Shown in pieces: positions 48,129-57,747 of a DNA stretch of 64,000 nt (the first letter of the stretch is position 1; each line of letters starts with the position of its first letter). Origin of the DNA: Sphingomonas bacterium (GTDB taxonomy: Bacteria > Pseudomonadota > Alphaproteobacteria > Sphingomonadales > Sphingomonadaceae); NCBI RefSeq assembly GCF_028289855.1, contig NZ_JAQGKZ010000125.1, positions 677 through 64,676 on the forward strand, read 5' to 3'. The position numbers and the translations under genes were made by a program. Under the pieces are notes generated by a model. The model saw only the letters and a list, made by a program, of their open reading frames with translations, had not been told where the DNA came from and searched no databases.

Positions 48129-49394
48129 ATGCGTACCGAGCGGCCGGGCTATCGCGGACTGGTGCTGGCGATGCTGTTGCTCGTCTACACCTTCAATTTC
48201 CTCGACCGCCAGATTCTCGGCATTCTGGCCAAGCCGATCCAGGCTAGCCTCAATCTCAACGACGCGCAGTTCGGCGCGATCGGGGGCACGGCATTCGCGA
48301 TCCTCTATTCGGTGCTCGGCGTCCCGCTGGCGCTAGCCGCCGATCGCTGGGGCAAGACGCGGGTAATTGCCGCCTCGCTGGTGGTGTGGAGCGGGTTCAC
48401 CGCGCTGTGCGGCACCGCAACGGGGTTCTGGCAGCTGTTCCTCTATCGCCTGGGTGTCGGGGTCGGCGAGGCGGGGGGTGCCGCGCCCTCCTACGCGCTG
48501 ATCGCCGACTATTTCCCGGTCGAGCGGCGCGCGCGGGCCGTCGGCATCTATTCGATGGGCATCCCGATCGGGCTGGGGGCGGGCGTGCTCCTCGGCGCGT
48601 ATATCGCCAAGTACATCAACTGGCAGGCGGCGTTCATCGTCATGGGGGTGGCCGGCATTCTGGTCGCGCCGGTGTTCCTGTGGCTGGTCCGCGACCGCTA
48701 TCCCCCCACCGTCGCGATCAAGGGGGCGCCGTCGCCTTTCCTCGTCGTGCCGCTGCTGATGAAGAAGCCGGCTTATTGGCTGCTGTCGATCAGCGCGGGG
48801 TGCAGCTCGATGGCAGGGTACGGCCTCGCCTTGTGGGCGCCCAAGATCATTGCCGTCCAGTTCGGCTGGACCGCGCCAGCGCAGCTGACGAACGTCGGCT
48901 GGTTCATGGGGGGGCTGCTGCTGATCGGCGGATCGGTCGGTATCTTCCTGGGGGGCGTCGTGTCCGACCGGCTGGGGAAGACCGACCGCGCCTGGTACCC
49001 GCGCGTGCCCGCCATCGCCTGGCTGATCACCGCACCGATGTTCATTATCGGCTTCCGCACCGGCGACCCGGTGCTCGCCTGGTTCATCCTGCTGATCCCC
49101 AACGCGCTCAATACGCTGTGGCTGGGGCCGATCATCACCGCGGTTCAGCACCTCGCACCGTCGGAGATGCGCGCGGGAACGTCGGGGACGTTCCTGTTCG
49201 TCAACAATCTGCTGGGGCTGGGGCTGGGGCCGTTGCTGATGGGCACGCTGTCGGTGGCGTTGAAAGCGCAATATGGCGATCAGTCGCTGGGGATCGCGGC
49301 GATGGTGGGGGTGTGCCTGTACCTGGTCGCGGCCGTGCTCGCATTCCTGGCGATCAAGCCGCTCAAGCGCGGCTGGGTCGAGGCGACCGACTAA
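48129..49394 (+). CDS. MFS transporter (spinster-like)
   Basis: LLVYTFNFLDRQILGILAKPI... and LGVGVGEAG motifs. 12 TM helices. Confidence 0.87.
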   Translation: MRTERPGYRGLVLAMLLLVYTFNFLDRQILGILAKPIQASLNLNDAQFGAIGGTAFAILYSVLGVPLALAADRWGKTRVIAASLVVWSGFTALCGTATGFWQLFLYRLGVGVGEAGGAAPSYALIADYFPVERRARAVGIYSMGIPIGLGAGVLLGAYIAKYINWQAAFIVMGVAGILVAPVFLWLVRDRYPPTVAIKGAPSPFLVVPLLMKKPAYWLLSISAGCSSMAGYGLALWAPKIIAVQFGWTAPAQLTNVGWFMGGLLLIGGSVGIFLGGVVSDRLGKTDRAWYPRVPAIAWLITAPMFIIGFRTGDPVLAWFILLIPNALNTLWLGPIITAVQHLAPSEMRAGTSGTFLFVNNLLGLGLGPLLMGTLSVALKAQYGDQSLGIAAMVGVCLYLVAAVLAFLAIKPLKRGWVEATD

Positions 49395-49401
49395 CAGGTT
49401 C

Positions 49402-50961
49402 CTAACGCTCGCGTGTCGCGGCGAAGCGCACCTTGGGATAGCGGTCGGCGACGTAGCCGACATCCCACGCGGTCTTCGCCATATAGACCGGGTTGCCGTC
49501 GCGGTCCTTGGCCATCGCCGATCGGTTGAGGTCGGAGAACGCCTTGAGGTCGGCCGCGTCGTCGGCGGAGATCCAGCGCGCGGTTTCGAACGGGGCCATC
49601 TCCAGGCCCGCGGCGACCTTATATTCGGCTTCGAGGCGGCTGATCAGCACTTCGAGCTGCAACTGCCCGACCACGCCGACGATCCAGTTGGCGCCGATTT
49701 CGGGATAGAAGACCTGCGTCACGCCTTCTTCGGCCATGTCGTCGAGTGCCTTGCGAAGCTGCTTGGTCTTGGTCGGGTCTTTCAAGGCAACCCGCCGCAG
49801 GATTTCGGGGGCGAAATTGGGCAGCCCGGTGAAGCGCACGTCGGCGCGCTCGCTCAGCGTGTCGCCGACGCGCAGGGTGCCATGATTGGGGATGCCGATG
49901 ATATCGCCCGGGAACGCCTCGTCGGCCACTTCGCGGTTCTGCGCGAAGAACAGGATCGGAGAGTGGATGGCGAGCGGCTTGCCCGACCCGCTCGGGATGA
50001 GCTTCATCCCGCGCTTGAAGGTGCCCGAGCACAGCCGCATGAACGCGATGCGGTCGCGATGGTTGGGATCCATGTTGGCCTGGACCTTGAAGATGAAGCC
50101 GGTGACTTCGGGGTTGTCGGGCGATACCGGCGCCGGCTCGGCGGGCTGCGCGCGCGGCGGCGGGGCGTAGTCGGCGAGCGCTGCGATCAGTTCGGCCACC
50201 CCGAAATCCTTGAGCGCCGACCCGAAATAGACCGGGGTCAGGTCGCCGTTGCGGTAGGCCTTGGTATCGAACGAGGCATAGCCGCCTTGCGCCAACTCGA
50301 TTTCGTCGGCGATCTCGCCGGGGAGCTCGGGGTCCGCCTCGACCTTGCCCTGGAACGTCCGGCTGTCGCCCTCGGGGCGGGCGATCGTGTTGTCGACCAG
50401 GTTGAGCACGCCCTGAAACTGCCCGCCCATCCCGACCGGCCAACTCATCGGACACACGTCGAGCGCGAGCACGTCGGCGATTTCGTCGAGCAAATCGAAC
50501 GCGCTGCGGCCTTCGCGGTCGACCTTGTTGACGAAGGTGATGATCGGCACCGAGCGTAGCCGGCACACTTCGAACAGCTTGCGCGTCTGCGCCTCGATCC
50601 CGCGCGCGGCGTCGATCACCATCACCGCCGAATCGACCGCGGTCAGCGTGCGGTAGGTGTCTTCGGAAAAGTCCTCGTGCCCCGGCGTGTCGAGCAGGTT
50701 GAAGGTGATTCCGTCGCGCTCGAACGTCATCACCGATGAGGTGACGGAGATGCCGCGCTGCTGTTCGATCTTCATCCAGTCCGATCGCGCGCGCCGGTTC
50801 TGCCCCCGCGCCTTGACCTCGCCGGCGAGATGGATCGCGCCGCCGAAGTACAGCAGCTTCTCGGTCAGCGTGGTCTTGCCGGCGTCGGGGTGGGAAATGA
50901 TCGCGAAGGTGCGGCGGTCGGATGGGGTCATGGGTTCTGCAAATTCACTAAAGTCGCCCAT
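49402..50961 (-). CDS. prfC: peptide chain release factor 3
   Basis: RRTFAIISHPDAGKTTLTEKLL G1 motif, LLDTPGHEDF, NKVDR. The start is uncertain (50931, 50961 or 50970). Confidence 0.92.
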   Translation of the reverse strand: MGDFSEFAEPMTPSDRRTFAIISHPDAGKTTLTEKLLYFGGAIHLAGEVKARGQNRRARSDWMKIEQQRGISVTSSVMTFERDGITFNLLDTPGHEDFSEDTYRTLTAVDSAVMVIDAARGIEAQTRKLFEVCRLRSVPIITFVNKVDREGRSAFDLLDEIADVLALDVCPMSWPVGMGGQFQGVLNLVDNTIARPEGDSRTFQGKVEADPELPGEIADEIELAQGGYASFDTKAYRNGDLTPVYFGSALKDFGVAELIAALADYAPPPRAQPAEPAPVSPDNPEVTGFIFKVQANMDPNHRDRIAFMRLCSGTFKRGMKLIPSGSGKPLAIHSPILFFAQNREVADEAFPGDIIGIPNHGTLRVGDTLSERADVRFTGLPNFAPEILRRVALKDPTKTKQLRKALDDMAEEGVTQVFYPEIGANWIVGVVGQLQLEVLISRLEAEYKVAAGLEMAPFETARWISADDAADLKAFSDLNRSAMAKDRDGNPVYMAKTAWDVGYVADRYPKVRFAATRER

Positions 50962-51128
50962 ATCGCACATGCGACGTTGCGGCGAGGGTCGCCTGTCAGG
51001 CGAAACCCAACATTGCAAGCGTTGAGGGTCTGTATTCACTTGTAACACGGGCGTGACGGAGCCGATTTTGGTGTCAGGCAAGAAGCAAGGAGCGCGATCA
51101 CGATCCGCGTTGCAAGTGAGTACAGACC

Positions 51129-51566
51129 CTAGGCGGCCAGCGCCGGTCGCTCCTCGTCGTCATTAGCAGGCGGGCGGGCGCGCCGGACGCGAATGCTCCG
51201 CGCGCGGGGGCGGCGCGTGGCGCGGGGACGGAGCCAGTTCACGACCGCCCGGACGCGGATCGTCGAGACAGCGATTACCGCAACCAGCGCGAGATCGAGC
51301 AGCGACGCCGCGTCGATCGCCACCGCCAGACTCAGCACATCGGGCAAGCCCATCGCGATCAACATCCGCCCGTCGTTTTCGAGCAGCCAGATCAGCGCCA
51401 CCGCGACGCCGGTCAATGTGAGAATCAGGAGGACTTGCCCGCGCGAAATCCGCGACAGGCGCGCGGCGGGACGCTCGACCATCCAGTGCTGCAGCGTCCG
51501 CCCGATCGGTGTGTCCGAGGCAACCCAAAGGGCCAGCCACAATCCTAGCAATGCACCAAGCATCAT
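51129..51566 (-). CDS. hypothetical membrane protein with an Arg-rich C-terminus
   Basis: MMLGALLGLWLALWV... has 3-4 TM helices. AAGGGGA SD-like sequence upstream. Confidence 0.5.
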   Translation of the reverse strand: MMLGALLGLWLALWVASDTPIGRTLQHWMVERPAARLSRISRGQVLLILTLTGVAVALIWLLENDGRMLIAMGLPDVLSLAVAIDAASLLDLALVAVIAVSTIRVRAVVNWLRPRATRRPRARSIRVRRARPPANDDEERPALAA

Positions 51567-51618
51567 CGGAAAATCCCCTTGGGCGAGAATATGGCGCGCC
51601 GCTGCCGCGAGGCAAGGG

Positions 51619-52503
51619 TCAGCGCTGGAGCGTGATCGCCATTGCACACTGCCGTTGGCTGCCGGGCGCGACGGTGAATATCCCAGGCTTGTCGCGGAAG
51701 TCGCCGGTGAAGCCGACGGGGTCGGCATGGCCGTGCCACGGCTCGATGCAGACGAACCGCGCGCCCGGCTTGGTCCAGACGCCGAGGTATGGCGTGTCGG
51801 GGAAAGCGATCCGCAGGCTCGGGCCACTCGGCGCGCTGTAGCTGACGCTGCGCGAACGCAGCGAATCCCAAATCAGCGCGTCGTCCGAGAACAAGGCGTC
51901 GGTGAGATGCAATGTGCGCCCGTCGAGCGGTGACGGTCGGTCGCCGGCGATCAAGCCGTCGGCGAGCCGCTTGATCGGCCCCGGCTCGTCGTCGGCAAAT
52001 GCGATGCGATGATCCGCACGCGGCTCGCCATAGGGCAGCGGGCAGGCAAAAGCGGGGTGGAAGCCGAAACTCGCCGGCATCGGCGCGACGCCGCGGTTGG
52101 CGATCGTCACCGCAATCTCAAGCGTCGCGCCGGTAATTGCGAACCCGATATCGAGCACGAAATCGAACGGATAGCTCGCGCGCGTTTCGTCGTTGGCGAT
52201 CAGCCGGAACGTCGCGCTCGCGGCATCCTGCGCGACGACCTCGAACATTTGCCGTCGCGCGAAACCGTGCTGTTTCATCGCGTATTCGCGCCCGTCGAGC
52301 CGCAAAACATCGCCGTTGAGCCGTCCGACGATCGGAAACAGGATTGGCGCGTGCCCGGTCCAGAATGCCGGATCGGCATCGGTCATCAGCTCGCGGCCAT
52401 CGGCGTCCTTAAGCGAGGTGAGTTCCGCGCCGAGCGGGTTGATCGCGGCGGTCAGCCGCTCGCCGCCGATCGCAATCAACGGCGCACCGGATGCTGAAAG
52501 CAC
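51619..52503 (-). CDS. aldose 1-epimerase family protein
   Basis: GAELTSL...FWTGHAPILFPIVGRL...QHGFAR...GFHPAF pattern. An alternative TTG start at 52479 would give a 4-nt overlap with the upstream stop. Confidence 0.85.
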   Translation of the reverse strand: MLSASGAPLIAIGGERLTAAINPLGAELTSLKDADGRELMTDADPAFWTGHAPILFPIVGRLNGDVLRLDGREYAMKQHGFARRQMFEVVAQDAASATFRLIANDETRASYPFDFVLDIGFAITGATLEIAVTIANRGVAPMPASFGFHPAFACPLPYGEPRADHRIAFADDEPGPIKRLADGLIAGDRPSPLDGRTLHLTDALFSDDALIWDSLRSRSVSYSAPSGPSLRIAFPDTPYLGVWTKPGARFVCIEPWHGHADPVGFTGDFRDKPGIFTVAPGSQRQCAMAITLQR

Positions 52504-52889
52504 AGGCCATAACCGTCGAGATCGGTAATATAGAGCTGGCGCATGCCGTAAGGTGTGTCATGCGGGCGAGCGCAGGCAATGCCCTTGGCGCTCAATTCCA
52601 CCCATAGAGCATCGGTATCATCGCACCCGAAATAGACACAGGTGTCGCGATGCCCGGTCCAGCGTCCGGCGTCGCGCGTCGCCGGGCGCTCATCGGCATC
52701 ATAGGCGGTGTTGAGCATCAGGTCGGCGGCGTCACGGCGCAGCCAGCACCAATGCGAATAATGCCCTTCCGTCGCTTCCACCGGCGGCGAGGAATCGACC
52801 AATGCGAAGCTCAATTGATCGCGATAAAAGGCGATGGCGGCGTTCATGTCGAATACCTGGAGCAGTACCGTCGCACCCGTCAGCGCCAT
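52476..52889 (-). CDS. VOC (glyoxalase/bleomycin-resistance) family protein
   Basis: 137 aa. GGGAGGAAGAG SD upstream. ...TPYGMRQLYITDLDGYGLCF C-terminal VOC pattern. Confidence 0.8.
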   Translation of the reverse strand: MALTGATVLLQVFDMNAAIAFYRDQLSFALVDSSPPVEATEGHYSHWCWLRRDAADLMLNTAYDADERPATRDAGRWTGHRDTCVYFGCDDTDALWVELSAKGIACARPHDTPYGMRQLYITDLDGYGLCFQHPVRR

Positions 52890-52915
52890 CTCTTCCTCCC
52901 GTACGGTGTCGCTCG

Positions 52916-55321
52916 CTATGTCCTCAGCGTCGCGCCCAGCTTCGCCATGGCGAAGACGACTTGGTCGGCTATCGCCTTCAACTCGGCATCGTTGAAGCTC
53001 TTGTCGCGGGGTTGCAGCGTAACCTCGACCGCCATTGATCGCACGCCGTCGCGCTCGAACACGTCGAACACGCGCGCGGCGGCGATCGCGGCTTTGTCGG
53101 CGCCCCTGACCGCGCGGGTCAGCGCGTCGGCGGTCAAATCGGCGGGGACGGTAAAGGCGAAGTCGCGCTTGACCGCCTGCAATGCGGGCGGTGCAAAGGC
53201 GGGGCGCATGAAGCCGCTGCTACGTTTTCCGGGGATCGCGTCGAGATAGAGTTCGACCGCTGCCACGGGGCTGTCGAGGTCGAACGCCTTCGCGGTCAGC
53301 GGGTGGAGCATGCCGAACGCCGCGAGCACGGTCTTTGGGCCGAGCCGCAGCGTGCCCGACTGGCCGGGGTGCCATGTCTCGCCCGCCGCGCCCATGACTT
53401 GCAGATTATCGAGGGGTGCGCCCGCCGCCGCGAGCAACGCGAGCGCTTCGGCTTTCGCATCGAACGCGTCGTAGGGCACGGCCTTGCCCGCCTGCCAGCT
53501 GCGCTGTCGCTTGTCGCCTGCCAGCACCACGCCGAGTGTCGGGCGCTCTTTGGATTTGGCGCCATCGGCGAGGTAGCGGCGGCCCAGTTCGAACAGCCGA
53601 ACGCCGGTCGCGCCGCGATTGGCATTGCGCGCCGTCGCCGCGAGCAGGCCGGGCAGCAGCGAAGGGCGCATGACCTTGAGGTCTTCGCTGATCGGGTTGG
53701 CGAGGCTCCACGCGCCGCCGCCGAACGCTCGCGCCTGCGTGTCGCTGATGAAGCTCCACGTCACCGCCTCGTCCAGCCCACGCGCAGCCGCCACGCGGCG
53801 GAGCTTGCGCTCGAGCTTCTGCTCGGGCGTCGCGGTCGGCTTGGCGACGCCGGGAATGCGCGGCAGCGGCACGGCGGGGACGTTGTCGATCCCCTCGATG
53901 CGGATGACTTCCTCGACCAGATCGGCGGGGCCGTCGATGTCGCGGCGCCAGGTCGGAATCGTGACGGTCCAAGCCTGCCCCGGGCTTGACCCTGGGCCGA
54001 CCGCGAACCCGAGCCGGGTCAGGATGTCGCGCTGGCGATCCTCGGCAACCGCAAGGCCTCCAAGCGTTTCGGCGAGCTTCGTATCGTACCGAACGGCGCG
54101 CGGCGCGAGCGGCGGGCTGCCGGCGCGCGTCACGCCGCTCGCGGTGCCACCGCAATGGTCGAGCACCAGTTTCGTCGCGATCGCCAGCCCGTCGTCGAGG
54201 AACGCCGGGTCGACCCCGCGCTCGAACCGCTGGCGCGCGTCGCTGGTCAGTTGCAGCTTCTGGCCGGTGCGCGCGATATGGTCGGGGTCGAAATAGGCGC
54301 ATTCGATGATCACGTCGGCGGTCGAATCAGACACGCCCGAATGCTCGCCGCCCATCACGCCGCCGATATCGTGGACCGCCACGTCGTCGGCGATCACCGT
54401 CATCGAGCTGTCGAGCATGTAGGTCTTGCCGTTCAGCGCGAGCACTTGCTCGCCGTCCTTCGCCTTGCGCGCCGCCAGCCCGCCCGTGAGCTTGGCCTTG
54501 TCGTAGACGTGCAGCGGCCGGCCGAGATCGACCGAGATGAAATTGGTAATGTCGACCAGCGCCGAGATCGGCTTTTGCCCGATCGCGGTGAGCATCCGCT
54601 GCATCCACTCCGGCGCGGCCTTGTTGGTCACGCCGCGCACTTCCTGCGCGTAGAACGCGGGGCAGCCCGCGGGATCGTCGGTGCGCACGGCGGGCCCGGG
54701 GCCTTCGCCCGCGATGGGCGCGATCGTGTCGCTGCGATAGACCTGCGCCAGCGGTTTGAGGCTGCCCAGCCCCGCCGCCGCGAGATCGCGCGCGATACCG
54801 CGCACGCCCATGCAATCCTGGCGATTGGGGGTGATCGCGACGTCGATCACCGGGTCATTCAGCCCGGCATAGTCGGCGAACGGCGTGCCGATGACCGCAT
54901 CGGCGGGAAGCTCGACGATGCCATCATGGTCCTCGCCCAGTTCCAGCTCGCGCGTCGAGCACATCATCCCGTTCGATTCGACCCCGCGGATCGCCGAAAC
55001 CTTGAGTTCCATGCCGTTGGCCGGAACGATCGCACCGGGTGTGCCAAGCACACCGATCATCCCAGCACGCGCATTGGGCGCACCGCACACGACCTGCAAC
55101 GGCTGGCCGTCGCCGGCATCGACGGTCAGCACCTGCAGCTTATCGGCCTGCGGATGGCGTTCGGCGGTCAGCACACGCGCGACCTTGAACCCGGCGAGCC
55201 GCTCGCCCGGATTCTCGACGCCTTCGACCTCGAGGCCGATGCGCGTCAGCGCCTCGGTCACCGCGTCGAGGTCGGCCGAGGTGTCGAGATGCTCCTTGAG
55301 CCAGCCGAGCGTGAACTTCAT
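52916..55321 (-). CDS. pheT: phenylalanine--tRNA ligase subunit beta
   Basis: [14 protein letters not shown]... with tRNA-binding, B3/4 and B5 domains. 801 aa. ATGA overlap with pheS. Confidence 0.96.
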   Translation of the reverse strand: MKFTLGWLKEHLDTSADLDAVTEALTRIGLEVEGVENPGERLAGFKVARVLTAERHPQADKLQVLTVDAGDGQPLQVVCGAPNARAGMIGVLGTPGAIVPANGMELKVSAIRGVESNGMMCSTRELELGEDHDGIVELPADAVIGTPFADYAGLNDPVIDVAITPNRQDCMGVRGIARDLAAAGLGSLKPLAQVYRSDTIAPIAGEGPGPAVRTDDPAGCPAFYAQEVRGVTNKAAPEWMQRMLTAIGQKPISALVDITNFISVDLGRPLHVYDKAKLTGGLAARKAKDGEQVLALNGKTYMLDSSMTVIADDVAVHDIGGVMGGEHSGVSDSTADVIIECAYFDPDHIARTGQKLQLTSDARQRFERGVDPAFLDDGLAIATKLVLDHCGGTASGVTRAGSPPLAPRAVRYDTKLAETLGGLAVAEDRQRDILTRLGFAVGPGSSPGQAWTVTIPTWRRDIDGPADLVEEVIRIEGIDNVPAVPLPRIPGVAKPTATPEQKLERKLRRVAAARGLDEAVTWSFISDTQARAFGGGAWSLANPISEDLKVMRPSLLPGLLAATARNANRGATGVRLFELGRRYLADGAKSKERPTLGVVLAGDKRQRSWQAGKAVPYDAFDAKAEALALLAAAGAPLDNLQVMGAAGETWHPGQSGTLRLGPKTVLAAFGMLHPLTAKAFDLDSPVAAVELYLDAIPGKRSSGFMRPAFAPPALQAVKRDFAFTVPADLTADALTRAVRGADKAAIAAARVFDVFERDGVRSMAVEVTLQPRDKSFNDAELKAIADQVVFAMAKLGATLRT

Positions 55322-56478
55322 GCGCCCACTCCCCCGCTGAGCGTGGGTACGTCGAGCCCCGAAAAGCCGTAATGCTTGAGCCAGCGCACATCGCCGTCGA
55401 AGAATGCGCGCAGATCGTCCATCCCGTATTTGAGCATCGCGAGGCGATCGATCCCGCAGCCGAACGCGAAGCCCTGCCATTCGTCGGGGTCGTAGCCACC
55501 CGCCGCGATCACCTTGCGGTGGACCATCCCGCTGCCGAGCACTTCCATCCAGCCGCCGCCATTGCCGCCGCCCGACCCGCCGATCACGCGCTTGCCGTTG
55601 ACCATGGAGTAACCGACATCGACCTCCGCCGACGGCTCGGTGAAGGGGAAGTAGCTCGGGCGCAGCCGCAGCACGATGTCGTCGCGCTCGAAGAATGCCT
55701 TCAGGAAGGTCTCGAGCGTCCATTTGAGGTGGCCGAGCGTGATGCCCTTGTCGATCACCAGCCCCTCGACCTGGTGGAACATCGGGGTGTGCGTGGCGTC
55801 GCTGTCGGAGCGATAGGTGCGCCCCGGCGCGATGATGCGGATCGGCTTGTCGCCGCCCGCCGCCTGCATCGCGCGGATCTGCACCGGGCTGGTGTGCGTG
55901 CGGAGCACCATACGCTCCGCGCGGGCCGCGGCGTCGGCAAAGCCGTCGCCGTCGGACGGCGGGCTTTGCCCGCCGCCGGCCGCTCTCGGTTCCTCAAGAT
56001 AGAAGGTGTCGTGCATCGCACGCGCCGGATGCGTTTCGGGGATGTTGAGCGCGGTGAAATTGTACCAGTCGTTCTCGATCTCCGGACCGGTCGCGACCGC
56101 GAAGCCGAGATCGGCGAAGATTTCGGCGAGCTCGTCCATCACCTGACTGACCGGGTGGATCGTGCCGGTGGGGGGCACGTCGACGGGGAGCGTCATGTCG
56201 AGCGTCTCAGTCGCGAGGCGCGTGTCGAGCGCGGCACGCTCCAGCCCGGACTTGCGCGCGGTCAGCGCCTCGGTGACCGCCTCGCGCAAGCCATGGATGC
56301 GCGGGCCTTCGGCTTGGCGCTGCTCGGGCGTCATCGCGCCGAGCGTCTTGAGCAGGCCGGTCACGCTGCCCGATTTGCCAAGCGCGGCGACGCGCACCGC
56401 CTCGATCACCTCGGGCGTTGCCGCCGCGTCGATCTGCGCCAGCAAATCGGCCCGCATGCTCGCGATATCGGTCACCAT
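55318..56478 (-). CDS. pheS: phenylalanine--tRNA ligase subunit alpha
   Basis: [10 protein letters not shown]..., [11 protein letters not shown] and class II motifs FPFTEPS and GSGMVHP. Confidence 0.96.
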   Translation of the reverse strand: MVTDIASMRADLLAQIDAAATPEVIEAVRVAALGKSGSVTGLLKTLGAMTPEQRQAEGPRIHGLREAVTEALTARKSGLERAALDTRLATETLDMTLPVDVPPTGTIHPVSQVMDELAEIFADLGFAVATGPEIENDWYNFTALNIPETHPARAMHDTFYLEEPRAAGGGQSPPSDGDGFADAAARAERMVLRTHTSPVQIRAMQAAGGDKPIRIIAPGRTYRSDSDATHTPMFHQVEGLVIDKGITLGHLKWTLETFLKAFFERDDIVLRLRPSYFPFTEPSAEVDVGYSMVNGKRVIGGSGGGNGGGWMEVLGSGMVHRKVIAAGGYDPDEWQGFAFGCGIDRLAMLKYGMDDLRAFFDGDVRWLKHYGFSGLDVPTLSGGVGA

Positions 56479-56933
56479 TCCACCACCCACTGATCCACGA
56501 TGCCGTCCTCCGGATGATCGAATTGGCCGATACACGCAAAGCCGTTGCGCCGGAGCACTGTCGGCGAGGCTCCACTGTCCGGCAAGGTCTCGGCGGTCAA
56601 GCCGGTCGCGCCTTGCGCCTTGGCCTTGTCTTTCAACGCGGCGACCGCGGCGCTGGCGTACCCACGTCCTTCGCGGCTCGGCGCGACGCCGTAGCCGATG
56701 TCCCAGCGCCCTTTCGCGTCGCGCTCCTTGATACTGATCATTCCGACGCCCTCGCCGTCCGCGACCATCATCCACGCCGCATCGCCGCCGACTTCGCTCG
56801 CGACGCCGCGCAGCAGGTCGACGATTTCGGGCGGCGCCAGTCCGCCCTCCGCCACGCGCGGCGCGTCCGCCGGGGGCGGGGCCTCGCCCATCAGCCAGGC
56901 GAAATGCGCGTCGGTCATCGGGAGAAGGTGCAT
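56472..56933 (-). CDS. GNAT family N-acetyltransferase
   Basis: [21 protein letters not shown]...[18 protein letters not shown] is the acetyl-CoA binding pattern. 7-nt overlap with the pheS start. Confidence 0.78.
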   Translation of the reverse strand: MHLLPMTDAHFAWLMGEAPPPADAPRVAEGGLAPPEIVDLLRGVASEVGGDAAWMMVADGEGVGMISIKERDAKGRWDIGYGVAPSREGRGYASAAVAALKDKAKAQGATGLTAETLPDSGASPTVLRRNGFACIGQFDHPEDGIVDQWVVEW

Positions 56934-57009
56934 CTCGGTATCCTCAGAAACGAAAGGGGCGCCGGTGTTGCCACCGACGCCCCGTGTCTTTCGCTCGCTA
57001 CAGGTCGCT

Positions 57010-57375
57010 TCAGGCGGCCTGGGGCAGAGCCGCCTTCGCCTGTGCGATGATGGCGCTAAACGCGGCACCTTCGTGCATCGCGATGTCGGCCAGGACCTTC
57101 CGGTCGAGTTCGACGCCGGCGAGCTTCAGCCCGTGCATGAACTGCGAATAGGTCAGGCCCTCGGCGCGGACGCCGGCGTTGATGCGCTGGATCCACAGGC
57201 CGCGGAAGGTCCGCTTCTTCACCTTGCGGTCGCGATAGGCGTATTGCCCGGCTTTCTCGACGGCCTGGCGGGCGATGCGGATCGTGTTCTTGCGACGACC
57301 GCGATAGCCCTTGGCCTGTTCGAGGATGTTCTTGTGCTTGGCGCGGGTGGTTACACCCCGTTTGACGCGTGCCAT
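57010..57375 (-). CDS. rplT: 50S ribosomal protein L20
   Basis: [30 protein letters not shown]... Confidence 0.97.
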   Translation of the reverse strand: MARVKRGVTTRAKHKNILEQAKGYRGRRKNTIRIARQAVEKAGQYAYRDRKVKKRTFRGLWIQRINAGVRAEGLTYSQFMHGLKLAGVELDRKVLADIAMHEGAAFSAIIAQAKAALPQAA

Positions 57376-57389
57376 GTCTCTCTAGCTCC

Positions 57390-57593
57390 TCAGCTCAGGC
57401 CGTACGGCGCCCAGGCCTTCACCGTGGCGGTGTCGGCCTTCGACAGGACCTTGGTCCCGCGATTTTGGCGGATATACTTGCTGTTGTGGCTGATGAGGCG
57501 GTGACGCTTGCCGGCAACGCCGTGCTTGAGCATCCCGCTCGCGGTGAGCTTGAAGCGCTTCTTCACGCCGCTCTTGGTCTTGAGCTTGGGCAT
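57390..57593 (-). CDS. rpmI: 50S ribosomal protein L35
   Basis: MPKLKTKSGVKKRFKLTASGMLKHGVAGKRH. ATG at 57593. Confidence 0.95.
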   Translation of the reverse strand: MPKLKTKSGVKKRFKLTASGMLKHGVAGKRHRLISHNSKYIRQNRGTKVLSKADTATVKAWAPYGLS

Positions 57594-57747
57594 TTTGGTC
57601 CTTTCGAATGGAAGCGACGCTCGAACGGACGCGGCAGCCCACACTGGCCGGACCGTTTTCCACGCATCGCTTGCGAGAAGCTGGCGCGCATAACCGCGTG
57701 TCCCGCGAAATGCAACCTTTGCCCGCCCTGGCGCGATTCATTGCGCG

